A DNA stretch of 64,000 nt, taken from Tetramitus jugosus. Lineage: Eukaryota > Protista > Heterolobosea. The notes beneath the pieces were generated by a model. That model did no database searches. It was not told where the DNA came from and worked only from the letters and a program-made list of their open reading frames with translations. The stretch covers positions 1 to 64,000 of the forward strand of contig OW569359.1 in assembly GCA_937625935.1 (NCBI GenBank), given 5' to 3'. Position numbers and translations under genes: made by a program. Below, piece by piece: positions 31,742-44,300 of the stretch. Position 1 is the stretch's first letter, and each line of letters starts with the position of its first letter.

Positions 31742-32572
31742 TCAAATCTGAGAGTCCCTGATCCAAGTTCGTACTTCATGTGTATAGCAATAGAGACGTA
31801 CACTGGTTCGCGTCGGTAGTTGTTTTTTATCAACAGCAGGGTGCCTCAACAGACAAGCCCATAATTCGTCCCTCCTTCTTGTAACCTTGAAACATCGATA
31901 ATTATCTTGAGTGGGATCAGCCCATCTCTTATCAATCATTAACTTCACAACGGGAATGTTCGATTCAATACAAGCTTCTTCCATAAGTACTTGTAAATTC
32001 AATCTGTTGCTAATTGATGTATCCTCCATGATCGAATCAAGAATACGCTCCACAAAAGAAGCATTTCCCTCAACCACTCTTAATTGTGTTAAAAGTTGTG
32101 TAGGTTGACTTGATTCTCTAAGCATGTGTTTCACAATGACTGAGACTTTTTCAATGATACTAGCTCTCTTGTAACCCAACCTTGTCTTCTTGTCAAAATA
32201 GTACATGATCGGTACAAGGTACCCGACCGCAATCTTGTTATTCAAGCTTGGATAGAGATTCAATATCCAAACTATAGAAGAGAGTATTTCTAATGTGACA
32301 TGAGTAGACTTAATCTTCTCCAAGATGTACTCTGCATGGCAATCAAGGAGATGGTAGTTATCAATAATCTTGTAAAATTGGGTTGAGACTTGTCTCATCG
32401 AACAGAGTGATTCTGGAACCAAGTATGAGAGGATATGGGAGCAGACATCTGTATTTTCATACAAACGAGCAAAACAATCCAGTAATACCAACTGTTGTTG
32501 CGATATTTGACTCGATTGATGAGCTATGTTGCTATGGAAGTTCTTTCTTCTGGATTTATGCGATCTGGTCAT
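31742..32572 (-). CDS. F-box protein with C-terminal ankyrin-like repeat
   Basis: DVCSHILSYLVPESLCSMRQVSTQFYKII F-box-like; ACIESNIPVVKLMI...ADPT ankyrin-like. Confidence 0.65.
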   Translation of the reverse strand: MTRSHKSRRKNFHSNIAHQSSQISQQQLVLLDCFARLYENTDVCSHILSYLVPESLCSMRQVSTQFYKIIDNYHLLDCHAEYILEKIKSTHVTLEILSSIVWILNLYPSLNNKIAVGYLVPIMYYFDKKTRLGYKRASIIEKVSVIVKHMLRESSQPTQLLTQLRVVEGNASFVERILDSIMEDTSISNRLNLQVLMEEACIESNIPVVKLMIDKRWADPTQDNYRCFKVTRRRDELWACLLRHPAVDKKQLPTRTSVRLYCYTHEVRTWIRDSQI

Positions 32573-32801
32573 GTTGTGGTGGGTAATGTTGTTTCGTGTT
32601 GTTGATCGAAAAATGTGTCACGGTTGCTGGTTCTTTTTGAAGGTGCTTCTTGACGGTGTTTCAATCTGGACGTTGACATTATTTAGACAACAAGAACAGC
32701 AATGAATTCGTAAGTCTATCAATCCATCGCTGTGTGTTGAGATGAACCAAGTTCAATCGAATAAAGGAGTTCTTGTTTGATCAAAGAAGTCAACCGTTTA
32801 T

Positions 32802-34013
32802 TTAGAGAGATCTAATAGTGTTGCTCTTTTGAACAGCTCTGGCAAGACCAACACGCTTGTTGGTTGCGTCAAAGACAGTGGAGAAGGTGCTGATGAAAGA
32901 ATCACCCAAAATCCACAACTTTCCGAGCTGAGGTGGCAAAGCCAAAGGCATGAATGCAGCAATACATTCAGATTGACCAAATGAGGAAACCTTGATGACA
33001 TAGTCATGAGGGTGCAACTCGTACTTGATATTGTTAATGGTAAAGTAGACAATTGGCAAGGAGTCAATGTTGGAGCAATCAGGCTTGACTCTAGCGGCAA
33101 ACATGATTGGTTGAACATCTTCAGCTGGACCAGCAATCAAAGATGTACCAGTATCGACAGCAGCTCTGCAACCATAAGGGCTGCATCCACCAGTGGATTG
33201 ACCACCAACACCGAGGTCAGTCATGTTAACAGTCCAGTAAGTCTCCCAGACAACTGGATGCCAGTTCAATGGAGCAGTCAAGTACTTTGTGTCATAACCA
33301 CCGAGCAACATGGCACTGTCGGAGGAACCGTCATCCTTGGACAAGTAGAATTGGAACATGCCGGCATCGACAACCTTGTTGGCAATCATATTGTCAAACA
33401 TTGGGGTCACACCGTCAACAGAAATGCTGGCAAAAGCCATACCAACAATACCGTCCATCTTGGCAAACAAAAAGGACAATCCTTGTTCACTGGTGACTTC
33501 AGCAAAGCCTTGGTTTGGAACAGCAATATCACCACAAGTCAATGTATCAATGCTCAAGAAACCTTCAATACCACCACTGCCATATTGAATCTTCAATGAT
33601 CTGCCATCAGCCTTGTAAGTAGAACTCTTGTCAGAGGCATACTTGTTGTGCAAGAGGCAAGCAATAGCGTGACACTTGGAGCTAGGGACCCAGACATTGG
33701 ATGAACCAGTGTCGAACACAACCTTGAAGCTTTGAGCTGGAGTTCCGAGGGAGATGAAACCATAGTATTGAGTATCAGAAAAGTCCTTCAATGGGATGAC
33801 TGGAACGGCATTGGCACCCTTTCCAATCAAGTATGGTCTGTTGAGCTTGAGGCCACCTTCTTGTTGAGCTTGCTTTGCGAATTGCAACCAAGCCAACTTT
33901 TCAGCATCAGTCTTCTTTAGTTCTCTGATGGGAACAGTCTTGTAGGCACATGACACGGTGAGTGCCAATGTGGCCAACAAGACGAACACAACGAATAATG
34001 TGCTTTGTCTCAT
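32802..34013 (-). CDS. CTSD: Cathepsin D-like aspartic protease (peptidase A1)
   Basis: Signal peptide from ATG 34013; VVFDTGSSNVWVPS and AVDTGTSLI catalytic motifs; WILGD. Confidence 0.95.
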   Translation of the reverse strand: MRQSTLFVVFVLLATLALTVSCAYKTVPIRELKKTDAEKLAWLQFAKQAQQEGGLKLNRPYLIGKGANAVPVIPLKDFSDTQYYGFISLGTPAQSFKVVFDTGSSNVWVPSSKCHAIACLLHNKYASDKSSTYKADGRSLKIQYGSGGIEGFLSIDTLTCGDIAVPNQGFAEVTSEQGLSFLFAKMDGIVGMAFASISVDGVTPMFDNMIANKVVDAGMFQFYLSKDDGSSDSAMLLGGYDTKYLTAPLNWHPVVWETYWTVNMTDLGVGGQSTGGCSPYGCRAAVDTGTSLIAGPAEDVQPIMFAARVKPDCSNIDSLPIVYFTINNIKYELHPHDYVIKVSSFGQSECIAAFMPLALPPQLGKLWILGDSFISTFSTVFDATNKRVGLARAVQKSNTIRSL

Positions 34014-34970
34014 TGTTGATATACAGAATAAGTAAGTAGTTGTTTTGCTTTTTTTCTCAGAGTGAGAAGAGAAGCGGCTGCTGTGATTTTTTGATGAAGA
34101 GATGGGATCACAAATTCCCAACCAACGAAACGCGATATCAATTTCCCCGATCAGTGAAAGTTTCCTTCCAACTCATGTTAGTTTACAACGGGTCACGTGA
34201 GGAATTGCGAAGAGAAAGAGACATGAATAACTGGACATTGATCCTTTGATCTGAACATTTTGTGTTTATTATGGACTGAAAAAACGTGTTTGAGACAAAA
34301 CGAGGAAACAATTCGTTGATTTCTCTCTTGGGCTGCGACATGCAATAGGATAACATACCGAATCGCTTGGTGAACTCAAAGTTTCCACTATGTGGCGTGT
34401 TTAGCATGACACGTAACGCATGTGAAAATAATTAAATTCATTGGCGTTCGGTGTGGGTTTTGGTTATTCTGTTTGCCCGCCTATTTTGATTGATGCTGGT
34501 TACAAATGTGAAGTTGACTTCAACGATCAGAATCGGACCAAATTTGGACTAGCACGCAGTCCCATAGGGAAATTCTCGGGAATTACTCAAGTGAACAGGA
34601 CTTTTTTCATGCATGGTTGTTCCTTTGGAATACAACCTGTTTTGTTATCGAGTTGTTTGCTTGGTCATCTGCCTGCTTGGTTGTTTTTACAGTTAAAAAT
34701 CTCCTCCTTCCTCGAATCTGATCTTGTCGTTGGATTGCCACCTCACACAGCTGAAATGTCGGAGTACAGCAGAGACACAAGGCACCAACTTTCGCTGCTG
34801 GACACCACACAATCCCCCAGAAACTTCTTCATCTTCGTCATCATCAAAAATCTCCAACAACACCAGAAGCTCTCTTGTGAGGAAAAATTGAACGACACCC
34901 ACACATTCCATTCCACAACGACAACCAACAACAAAAAAATTATCAACACAAAGATCATCGTCACAACAAC

Positions 34971-36518
34971 ATGTTCATCAACAAATTTTGCAGAAATGCC
35001 ACCAGAGTAACCCTCTCCTCATCTCAACAAAGAGTTGCCCTCATGGGTCAACAACAAAAACGTTTCTTGAACTTGCACGAATATCAAGCTCATCAACTCT
35101 TGGCCAAGCACGGTATCAACACACCAAAGGGTAAGGCTGTTACTACTCCTGAGGCAGCTGCTCAAGCTATGAAGGAATTGGGTTTGACTGATGCTTTTGT
35201 TAAGGCTCAAGTTTTGGCTGGAGGACGTGGAAGAGGAACATTCAAGAATGGTTTCCAAGGAGGTGTTCACAAGGTGAGCAGGTATGTTGTTTTTTTGACA
35301 TTATCAATTATTTTTTTGTGTGCAAAGTGAGTGAGCGTGTATGTTTGTGTAGGCAGGTGGTCATTGATCACTACTGGTTTGGTGGTGTGCAAGTGATCTT
35401 GATCTCACAACTACAAGTGCGCTTCATTTGATCTTTTTTTCTCATTGGCACACACCCATTTTTCAAAGTGAATGTTTAGCTTACACATGTTTGACGAAAA
35501 ACCAACCATTTTTTTTGAATGCATGTCCTATCACCATCATCACCACAGTGCTGAAGAAGCAAAACAATTGGCTGAAAAGATGCTTGGTCAAATCTTGGTC
35601 ACCATTCAATCCGGTGCTCAAGGCAAACCAGTCAACACTGTCTTTGTTCAACAAAAGGTTACCGCTGCACATGAAATGTACTTTGCTATTTTGCTCGATA
35701 GACAATCTGGTGGTCCAGTCTTGATTGGAAGCAGCAGAGGAGGTATGGCTATTGAAGATGTAGCAAGAGAAGACCCAAGTGCCATCACAAAGATCCCAAT
35801 CGATATCACAAAGGGTATTTCAAGACAAGATGCTGAACGTATGGCACGTGATATGGCATTCACACCAAAGGCTCAAGCACTCGCAGCCGATCAAATCACA
35901 AAGTTGTACGATTTGTTCTTGAAGAGTGATGCAACCATGGTTGAAGTTAATCCAATGATTGAGACTACTGATGCTGTTGTGCTCTGTGCTGATTGCAAGC
36001 TTGGTATTGATGACAATGCCGAGTTTAGACAAAAGGAAATTTTCAGCTATAGAGATTTGTCACAAGAAGATGAGAGAGAAGTTCAGGCAAGCAAGTTTGA
36101 TTTGAACTATGTTGGTTTGGATGGTAATATTGGATGTATTGTGAACGGTGCTGGTTTGGCTATGGCTACCATGGATATTATCAAGTTTTATGGTGGAGAA
36201 CCTGCAAACTTTTTGGATGTCGGTGGTGGTGCCAACAAGCAACAAATTGTTGAAGCTTTGAAGATTTTGAACTCTGATAAGCAAGTGAAAGCTATATTAG
36301 TCAACATTTTCGGTGGTATCATGAGATGTGACTTGATTGCTGAAGGTTTGATTAGCGCAATACAAGAGTTGGGAAGCTTGAGAGCCCCTATTGTCGTCAG
36401 ACTCCAAGGAACAAACGTTGAACTTGCAAAGAAGATTTTGGCTGAGAGTGGTATCAGTTTGATCCCAGCTGAAGATTTGGATGACGCAGCTTCAAAGGCT
36501 GTTAAATTGATTCATTAG
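34971..36518 (+). CDS. sucC: Mitochondrial succinyl-CoA ligase beta subunit, two exons (34971-35281 and 35549-36518)
   Basis: Presequence then [21 protein letters not shown]; intron 35282-35548 GTATGT...ACAG; [33 protein letters not shown]. Confidence 0.96.
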
Positions 36519-36934
36519 ATTGCTAGTTTTGTCTCGCAACAAAGACAACAACAAACAACAACTCGAGAGAGAAATCTCGTTCCTCCAATATGATGGCTCT
36601 CTCTGTGCGAACAGAAACACACACAACATTTATAATTGTACGGACAAATTAACAACAACAACAATAACAACAACAAGACGATCAAACAACAATGGTGAAC
36701 AACGACGAATATGATTATATACATAGAATATGATAAACATGGCATTTGCTGCAAATAGCAACCAATATCCAACAATTAAGGAAAAAGGATGGAAGGAGAG
36801 ATATTAAAATTGAGAAATAGGCTACAAAATCAATTCGCTCTGTTGCATGTTTTCTTTTGCATTTCGATCGGAGAATACGTCCACACAAAAAACTGTCTTG
36901 TTTCAGCAAACAACTCACAACACTATCTCAAATC

Positions 36935-37174
36935 ATGATGTTCTTTGGTTTATTGAGATATCTATTGTCCATCTTGTTCAGAAGTTCCAGTGAATACAGA
37001 ATTCCACCAGGAACTAATGTTTTGGTCATTGAAGTCTCAAAGCACTACATTCGATACTTTAAGCTCAAGAAGCCTGTTGTGGATCCACCGAGACGATCCA
37101 TTGGTTGGAGAAGGAGGAGGAAAACATTGGCAATCACTGACGGACAAGCCACAAAAACAGCAATCACCAATTAG
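36935..37174 (+). CDS. Possible small hypothetical protein
   Basis: ATG-initiated 79-aa ORF with hydrophobic N-terminus; no recognisable motif. Confidence 0.25.
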   Translation: MMFFGLLRYLLSILFRSSSEYRIPPGTNVLVIEVSKHYIRYFKLKKPVVDPPRRSIGWRRRRKTLAITDGQATKTAITN

Positions 37175-37330
37175 AGAATTCTCTGATAGGAACTCGCTGT
37201 TCGTTGGCGGGAAAAAGATGACGCCCCAACATTTACGGTAGTTGGTTGGATTGAAGCGTGGATGATTTCGAGAGAGATTTGAGCTTCAACAACCAATCGA
37301 AAGTGATCGATCGCGCATACAGCACACATC

Positions 37331-39229
37331 ATGTCTAACACAAGGACTTACCCTCGCTTTTCAAGATGCGTTGTGCTTCAACCATCAAAGTTTTCCTCTG
37401 TGCGCAGCTCGTCTTCTGGAGCACCTAATAAAACTCTTGTGCCAGAGTACGTGTACGGTTATTCAGGAAAGGGAACAAAAGGCAACATTATTCACATGAA
37501 CTCTGAAGGTCACTTGGTTTATCCCTCTGCTGCCTGTGGTATTGTTTGGGACTGTGATCATAATACTCAGGTCGTGTTTAACCAGCATGATGACGATGTC
37601 GTTTGTGTTGGCTTGCATCCAGACAGAGTTCTCGCAGCAACAGGTCAAGTTGGAAAGGATGACATGATTAATGTCTGGGATACAAGAACTGGTGAGTTAG
37701 TTTCTCGATTGGACACCAGAGTCCATTTTCAAGCAGGAGGTGTTTTAGCACTCTGTTTTTCAAATGATGGAACAAAGATTGCTGCAGTTGGTGGGAATCC
37801 ACTGGATTCCATCTTATTGATTTACAACTGGCAGGATGGATCACTATTGGGCAAGACAAAGTGTCATAGCGAAGCCATTTATTTCTTGACCTTCACACCA
37901 AATGATGGTCAAGTGGTTATGTGTGGCAAAGATGTGATTAAGTTCTTTACCATGGAGGCTCGAGGAGTCACTGTCAGGCAAGGTGTTTTCTATCCAAGAG
38001 GAACTACCCAAACATTGTACAGTTGTACGTTCGATAAGAGTGGTAATGTACTCTGCGGTACAAAGGATGGTAGCATTTACATCTTCAGTGGCAACAAGCT
38101 TACTCAAAAGCATACCGCACATCAAGGAGCATTGTATTCTATTTATTCTTTACCTTCTGGTGAGGGATTCGTTACAGCTGGTAATGATGGGTGTTTGAAG
38201 CTGTGGGTTTACACAGGAGCAACGACAGAGGGTGTATCCGAATTTCAATTAGCAAAAGAGATGAATCTGGGCTCATCTATTCGTTCTGTTTGTCCTGATA
38301 TGAGGGACGACGGTGCATTCTATGCCATGAAATTTAATGGAGATATGGTAAGGGTAGATGTAAATACAAACAACACGGCTGTCATTGCAAAGTCTCACAC
38401 TGGAGCAAATGCTGAGGTATGGGGCTTGTGTGATATTCCTGGAACTTCTCTTTTCGCAACTGGAGGAGACGACTCTCGAGTTATTATTTGGAATAGATCT
38501 ACTCGTACATTTGTGTTGGATTTACGTGTGCCTAAAGGTAAGGTAAGAGGTCTAGCCAGCAATGGATCTGAGTTGGTCGCTGCAACATTCGAAGGCACTG
38601 TGTATGTTTATCAGTTGACCTCCTTGTTGGATAATGTTTCAACTCTGCCAATTAAGGAGCTCAAGGACGGGAGAGAAGAGATTGCAGCTGTTCAATTCTC
38701 GCCAGATGGAGAATATTTAGCCTGTGGATCTCATGACAATGTCATTTATATTCACAATACTCAGAACTATACCTTAGTTTCAAAGTTAACTGGTCACAGC
38801 TCTTTTGTGAAGCATATTGACTTCTCTGCCGATTCCCAATTTTTGCAAAGTGTTTGCGGTGCGTACGAACTCTTGTATTGGAGCTTAGAAAAGATGTCGC
38901 AAGTCAAATCAACTTCTGAGATGAGGGATGTTGAGTGGGCAACCCAGACCTGTACTCTTGGATGGACAGTAAAGGGTATCTGGCAGCCTGACATGGATGG
39001 AACTGATATCAACGCAATTGATGTCGACTTTCGTTCCAACATCATTGCCTCTGCAGATGACAAGGGATTGGTCCGCCTATTAAATTACCCAGCCGTTTCT
39101 GAGCCAGCTGGGTTTATTGCTGCGCGTGGCCATTGCAGTCATGTAACCAATGTCAAACTTGTAGACAATGCCAAGGTGGTTCTATCTACAGGAGGTTATG
39201 ATCTTACTATTTTCCAATGGAGGGTCTAA
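37331..39229 (+). CDS. EML: Echinoderm microtubule-associated protein-like (EML; HELP + WD40 TAPE domain)
   Basis: LVPEYVYGYSG HELP motif; WATQTCTLGWTVKGIW...DGTDIN; GHCSHVTNV. Confidence 0.93.
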   Translation: MSNTRTYPRFSRCVVLQPSKFSSVRSSSSGAPNKTLVPEYVYGYSGKGTKGNIIHMNSEGHLVYPSAACGIVWDCDHNTQVVFNQHDDDVVCVGLHPDRVLAATGQVGKDDMINVWDTRTGELVSRLDTRVHFQAGGVLALCFSNDGTKIAAVGGNPLDSILLIYNWQDGSLLGKTKCHSEAIYFLTFTPNDGQVVMCGKDVIKFFTMEARGVTVRQGVFYPRGTTQTLYSCTFDKSGNVLCGTKDGSIYIFSGNKLTQKHTAHQGALYSIYSLPSGEGFVTAGNDGCLKLWVYTGATTEGVSEFQLAKEMNLGSSIRSVCPDMRDDGAFYAMKFNGDMVRVDVNTNNTAVIAKSHTGANAEVWGLCDIPGTSLFATGGDDSRVIIWNRSTRTFVLDLRVPKGKVRGLASNGSELVAATFEGTVYVYQLTSLLDNVSTLPIKELKDGREEIAAVQFSPDGEYLACGSHDNVIYIHNTQNYTLVSKLTGHSSFVKHIDFSADSQFLQSVCGAYELLYWSLEKMSQVKSTSEMRDVEWATQTCTLGWTVKGIWQPDMDGTDINAIDVDFRSNIIASADDKGLVRLLNYPAVSEPAGFIAARGHCSHVTNVKLVDNAKVVLSTGGYDLTIFQWRV

Positions 39230-39379
39230 GGTGTCAATCACTAACACTATTCTGGGCGCAAAGTGAAGTGCGTGATAAAAAAAACAAGAGTCCGGCCGCA
39301 CATCACATAAAACCGGTTGGTTTGTTGTAAAAAAACATTTTGTAGTAATTCAACAACCTAAACAATACAGTCGCAAAAC

Positions 39380-41374
39380 ATGTTTCATCGAACGGGAGGT
39401 ACCAGCAGCTTGCACAGCGAATCATTTGTGATCAACGAACATCAATCACAAATTGGACAGAGTAATAATAATGGACTGTATGGGGGCGTAGATAATCGAT
39501 CTACGCCATTTACACAAAAAGAATTGGAGTTGGCAGCTCATTCAATTGGAGTGTCTCCTAGTGATTTTAGAGCGGTGGGTCCTGCTCGTCTCTTTCGCAG
39601 CGGATCCACACATCAACAAGATAGTTGGAACTACACTGGCTACCATGGTGTGGTAGCTGTTTTGGTCAAGCCCGGTGTCAATGCAGTGTTCCTCGTTCTG
39701 GTAGATACACCTACTGGTGTTGCCATACTTTCTCAACAATGTCACTCCGGTTTCGAATATCATGTTCTCTCTCAAACGATGCATGCGTTCGAGGGGGATG
39801 ATGCCGTCTACGGTTTACAATTCCCTGATAATTTTGACTCGTTGAGTTTTGCGAATACGGTGAAGGGGTTGATTCAAGCACTCCAGCAACAGAGATCGAT
39901 GATGAATCAAGGGTTTTTAAGCAGCACTCAACCTATCCAACAACAGATCGGTTCCCCTCCGCAAAGTTTTCTCTCATCCGCGGAATACATCAATCAACCC
40001 ATCACAAATACTCCGATGGTGAATTACTCCTCTCCTTCATACGGAACCACAAGTCCGCCACAGACATCCACTCAACCACAAGCAACCGCGCTATCACCAC
40101 CACCATCGTATCAGCAAAATGCACAAAGGTCAAGCTTGGAATTGGGAGAACCAAGAAGAAGAAACACTTTGACTTCCAAATTCCGTAACTTGTTCAGAAG
40201 AGATCAACATCAATACCCACAACAACAACAGACACCACCAACGACACAACCAACGGTATCTGGGCCATCACAATTCGTTCACTCGGCTCATGTCGGCCCA
40301 GCTTCGTTTGCTCCAGACTATCACAGACAACAGGCATTTTCTCCTTCAAACATTACAACAAGTACGGAGTCGGTTTTACCTCCAATGCCGCATAACATTC
40401 AACAACAGTTATTGCCTCCTTCGACTATGACTCATGTAGGTCCAATAGAGAGACAAGTTTCTCAAGCCATCATTGTCAATCGAGAAGCACCAGCTGACGT
40501 ACACTCGCCTCCTGTTGTGCGTCCTCCTGCTCCTACTATTCCGTCAAGCACTGCAACTACAGGTACATCCACTTGTAATCCACCACCACCACCACCTCCT
40601 ATGATGAACCAACAAAAGATTAAGATGCCACAGGTGGGAGACAATAGTAAGAAGACTTCAACAACGACAGACAAGAAGGCATCAGTTACAGAGACAGTAA
40701 GTTCAATGATGAAGGAAGAACCTATTCCAGGTTATGTTGATATGCAAGCAGACATATTGAAAGAGTTAATGAAGAGGAGAGAAAAGAAATCCAATACTGT
40801 TGAACCAAATGGATCTGTATCCAAGAAGAATGAGCAAGCACAGGAGAAACCCACAGCAGCATCACTTCCCAAGAAACAACAACCTGCTACAGTAGTCAAG
40901 CCAGTTGAGAGGGAGCTTCCTGAGTCGGTGAAGAGACAATCGATTCGAAAGAAAGCTCCTCCACCACCGCCTCCACGAAGTAGAAACTCAATTGTGACTG
41001 AAGAAGTTCAACAGCAAACAGCGTCCAAGTTACTACCTCCATTTGAAACTCCGTCTTCAGTACAAAGGAGTGAAGGTCCAGTGATCCAACAACCAATTAC
41101 TATCAAGACACAATTGCCAGTATTTCCACCCCAACTTACAGTGGAGTCAGTTGATTCCGACAAGGTATCAGGGGAAAAACACGTACCGATAGATCTATTG
41201 GCTGAGATCAGAAGACCCCATGCACTGAAGCATGTCACAGATCAAGAAAAAGCTAAAACTCCCACAGTCGAGGATGAGGGACATGATATGATGTCAGCAC
41301 TCAAGAACAAGATTACTGGCATCAGAATAGCTATGGGAGAGGATGACGAAGACTTTGACGACGACTTCAATTGA
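39380..41374 (+). CDS. WASP: WASP-family Arp2/3 activator (WH1-CRIB-polyPro-WH2-C-A)
   Basis: WH1 (WNYTG...HAFEGDDAVYGLQF); CRIB VSGPSQFVHSAHVG; poly-P; WH2 DLLAEIRRPHALKHV; C helix; acidic tail. Confidence 0.88.
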   Translation: MFHRTGGTSSLHSESFVINEHQSQIGQSNNNGLYGGVDNRSTPFTQKELELAAHSIGVSPSDFRAVGPARLFRSGSTHQQDSWNYTGYHGVVAVLVKPGVNAVFLVLVDTPTGVAILSQQCHSGFEYHVLSQTMHAFEGDDAVYGLQFPDNFDSLSFANTVKGLIQALQQQRSMMNQGFLSSTQPIQQQIGSPPQSFLSSAEYINQPITNTPMVNYSSPSYGTTSPPQTSTQPQATALSPPPSYQQNAQRSSLELGEPRRRNTLTSKFRNLFRRDQHQYPQQQQTPPTTQPTVSGPSQFVHSAHVGPASFAPDYHRQQAFSPSNITTSTESVLPPMPHNIQQQLLPPSTMTHVGPIERQVSQAIIVNREAPADVHSPPVVRPPAPTIPSSTATTGTSTCNPPPPPPPMMNQQKIKMPQVGDNSKKTSTTTDKKASVTETVSSMMKEEPIPGYVDMQADILKELMKRREKKSNTVEPNGSVSKKNEQAQEKPTAASLPKKQQPATVVKPVERELPESVKRQSIRKKAPPPPPPRSRNSIVTEEVQQQTASKLLPPFETPSSVQRSEGPVIQQPITIKTQLPVFPPQLTVESVDSDKVSGEKHVPIDLLAEIRRPHALKHVTDQEKAKTPTVEDEGHDMMSALKNKITGIRIAMGEDDEDFDDDFN

Positions 41375-41389
41375 AAATAAAGTTGTGGT

Positions 41390-44300
41390 TTAATTGTACA
41401 CATTTTCGAGCTTCCGAGACATGATATTGGCTTGTTGATACTGTTGATACTGCGGTGTAGAGCTATATCTCGTGAAAGTGTCACAAATATTCAACATTGT
41501 TTCGTTGAACAATGAGAGGAGAACTCGTTCAGCATCTTGAGCAGTGATCACCTCCCTCATCATTAGTTCGGTGAACCCTTTTTTGCACTTTGACGAGATG
41601 TTGACTTCATACTCTGCGGTACGCGAAATGAATAAGTCCAAAAGGATTTTGAGTTCGTGCTTCCTATGCGAATCTTCTGTGACAACGTTGTCAGACCTCA
41701 ATTTCTCTAATCGCTTCCACAAGAGCAAATTCTCAAGAGCAAACTCCTTCTTGCAGTAGCTATAAAATGCTGAATACCCAAAGTCATCTCTCAGCATCAT
41801 CAACAATTCCGTTTCCATTTGACTTGTTTTCGAATCCTCATTTTTCATTGATTGCTTCAGTTCCACATACTTCTTGCGTTGATCGCCATATTTGAATCGA
41901 TGTATGGCATGCACGAACAAGATGTATCCTCCAAAGGCTACAATACGAAGCGCGAAATAGCAAACATCAAATATGAACTCGATAATCTTTGCAGGCGAGT
42001 TGGGTTTGGCATGTGGGTCGAACCTGTCTCCTATACCAATCGAATATGATATCAACATTAAAATCATTGCTCCGGTCATAAATATAGACTCAGTTCTGAA
42101 TAGTAATGGATCATTTCTCGTAAAATGACTCATTAGAGCAGAAACTATTGGATGAGGAGGTTCATCTCCATTCTCAGGAATAATCTTCTTTCCGAGAGAC
42201 ATCTTGCGCAAGAGCATGACAACCATATCCCAAACAAAAGCACAAACAATCAATATTGCAATTGCATATGACATGGATGCAAATGACAAAGCATTGAATG
42301 TAGATGCAGTGTTTGCTTTCATGACAGTGGCTTCAATGATAGACAATACTACAAAGTAGGCACAACTCAGACAATAGATTGTTAGAGCAACACCAATATA
42401 GACTCGTTTTGATGCAAGTACCTTCAAAATGAGTAGCTTGGCACTATTTCTCTTCTCAATACCCATAATTGCATACAGATTTTTCATGAATATGTATCGC
42501 ATCATTTGCCAGAAGTAGATGAACATGGCTGTGAGAACAATCGGATTGACCAGTGTCATTATAACATATGCGATTGCGTTAATGCTATAGTACTTGTTCA
42601 CAGTAGGTGAACTGATCAAGAGAGAGTTTCTGATAATTCCGTTCAGGATGCTCTCAAGTGTTATTGACAGCAAGCCAAGATACGGTGAAAGGAATCGAGA
42701 ACGAATCGGCTGCTCTCCTCTCCATAAGAAAGATAGTATTATCAAGCAGATGCACGTCAGGGCAAATACCGAGTGAACCGCTATCCAAGTGATGTACAAT
42801 CCTTCAGAATACTTACTGGGATGCTTCGGATCATAGATCACCATTGCTGAAAAACTAGTCGTGTGAGTACAGTGACAGGTGATTGTGGAATCATCTTCGG
42901 AGAATAGTGAACATCCCACAGTTTGCCAGGTTTCATTACTGCGGTCATCCCAGTAGAAGCATGCCGTAGAATAATCTGTTGATTGTTGTTGATCATTGGA
43001 AGCGTTTCTCATCTTTTGCAATATGATTTCAATAGGTTCTTTCATGTTCTTTAGTGGTACCTTTTCCTCGTTAATAATCAATTTGAAACTAATGACGGAG
43101 GAGGTAATATTGGAGGAGCTATTTGACCAAGTATACGGATTCATTTCTCCAAAGCTAATGAATTCCATGGTGTAGACAGAAGAGTTGTTCAACTGGCTAG
43201 AAACACCTTGAGGAAGGAATACATTTGATTTTGAACTAGAGAATGTGGAATTTGCAAATCGATCCGCATAGTCAAGCTTCACAACAACATCGAAGGCTTC
43301 AGTACTGATTGTTGTTCCATTCTCAGATGCAATCAAATTGGATGCTATGATTCGCCTCAGTTTAGTGATTGGTCCCAAGGTACTCTCTGAACTATTCATA
43401 TGGATCTTATTACTCACATAAATGTTAGAAATAGAAGACGCAATCTTGTCCATGTTGGAGTTTGATAGGTCCAAATCCTGGGAGTTTTGTGATAGAATAG
43501 AGTCCATTATGACTTGGATCGATTGCAGAGCAGTATTGGCACTCTTTGATCTAAGAACACTAGGGTTTCTAGTCAGAGTTTCGATGATGGTCACCTTGGA
43601 TTCAATAGATCCTTTTGTAAGCGACTGAATCTGGCTGATTTCGTTGGAAATATCATCTGTTAGGAAGTCCAATACTTGCTCAACAATAGTAGAGATGCGA
43701 GCCGTTTGATTAGCAGATGTAGAATTACTGGCTCCTTGGTGAATAGCATCTGAGAGCAAATTCAGCAATAACTCCTTGTTAGCGCTGCCTGATGTTAGGT
43801 TCGATACCATTGAATCTAGATCAACTTGGGGGCTAATTGTAACTAGAACAGTTGTGTTAATATAAGACACTGTGCCTAAAAAGCTCTCAGATGCACAGAC
43901 GACACGTAGTCGATTGTCTTTAGTGTACCCATGAGGCAAAACCGTACTCAGATATGAGCTATCAGAATAGAGCTTCAGAGGAATCATATCCTGCAGTTCG
44001 TTCATGTAGTAGAATGAGAATCGAGAAGCATTGTGCGACTCGACACTGATAGTAAATTGTGTTTCAAGCTCTATTCCAGAAGAGGGATTGATTGTCATGT
44101 TATGCAACACAGGGGCTTGATCAGTAATCGTGGAAACATAAGCGAACGATATTTCGGTCGAGTTGAAATATCTTGTTCTCAAAGTTAATGTATAACGAGT
44201 GGAAGGATACAATTGTCCTCGATCGATGATCAGGGGATAAAGTTGTGGTCTCCAACCATTGGAAAGACTTCCACCTGTATCATCATTTCTGATGATCCAC

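Noticed and set aside
34441-35010. 189-aa ORF upstream of sucC
   Set aside because: TTG start, no motif, runs through the sucC leader; likely spurious
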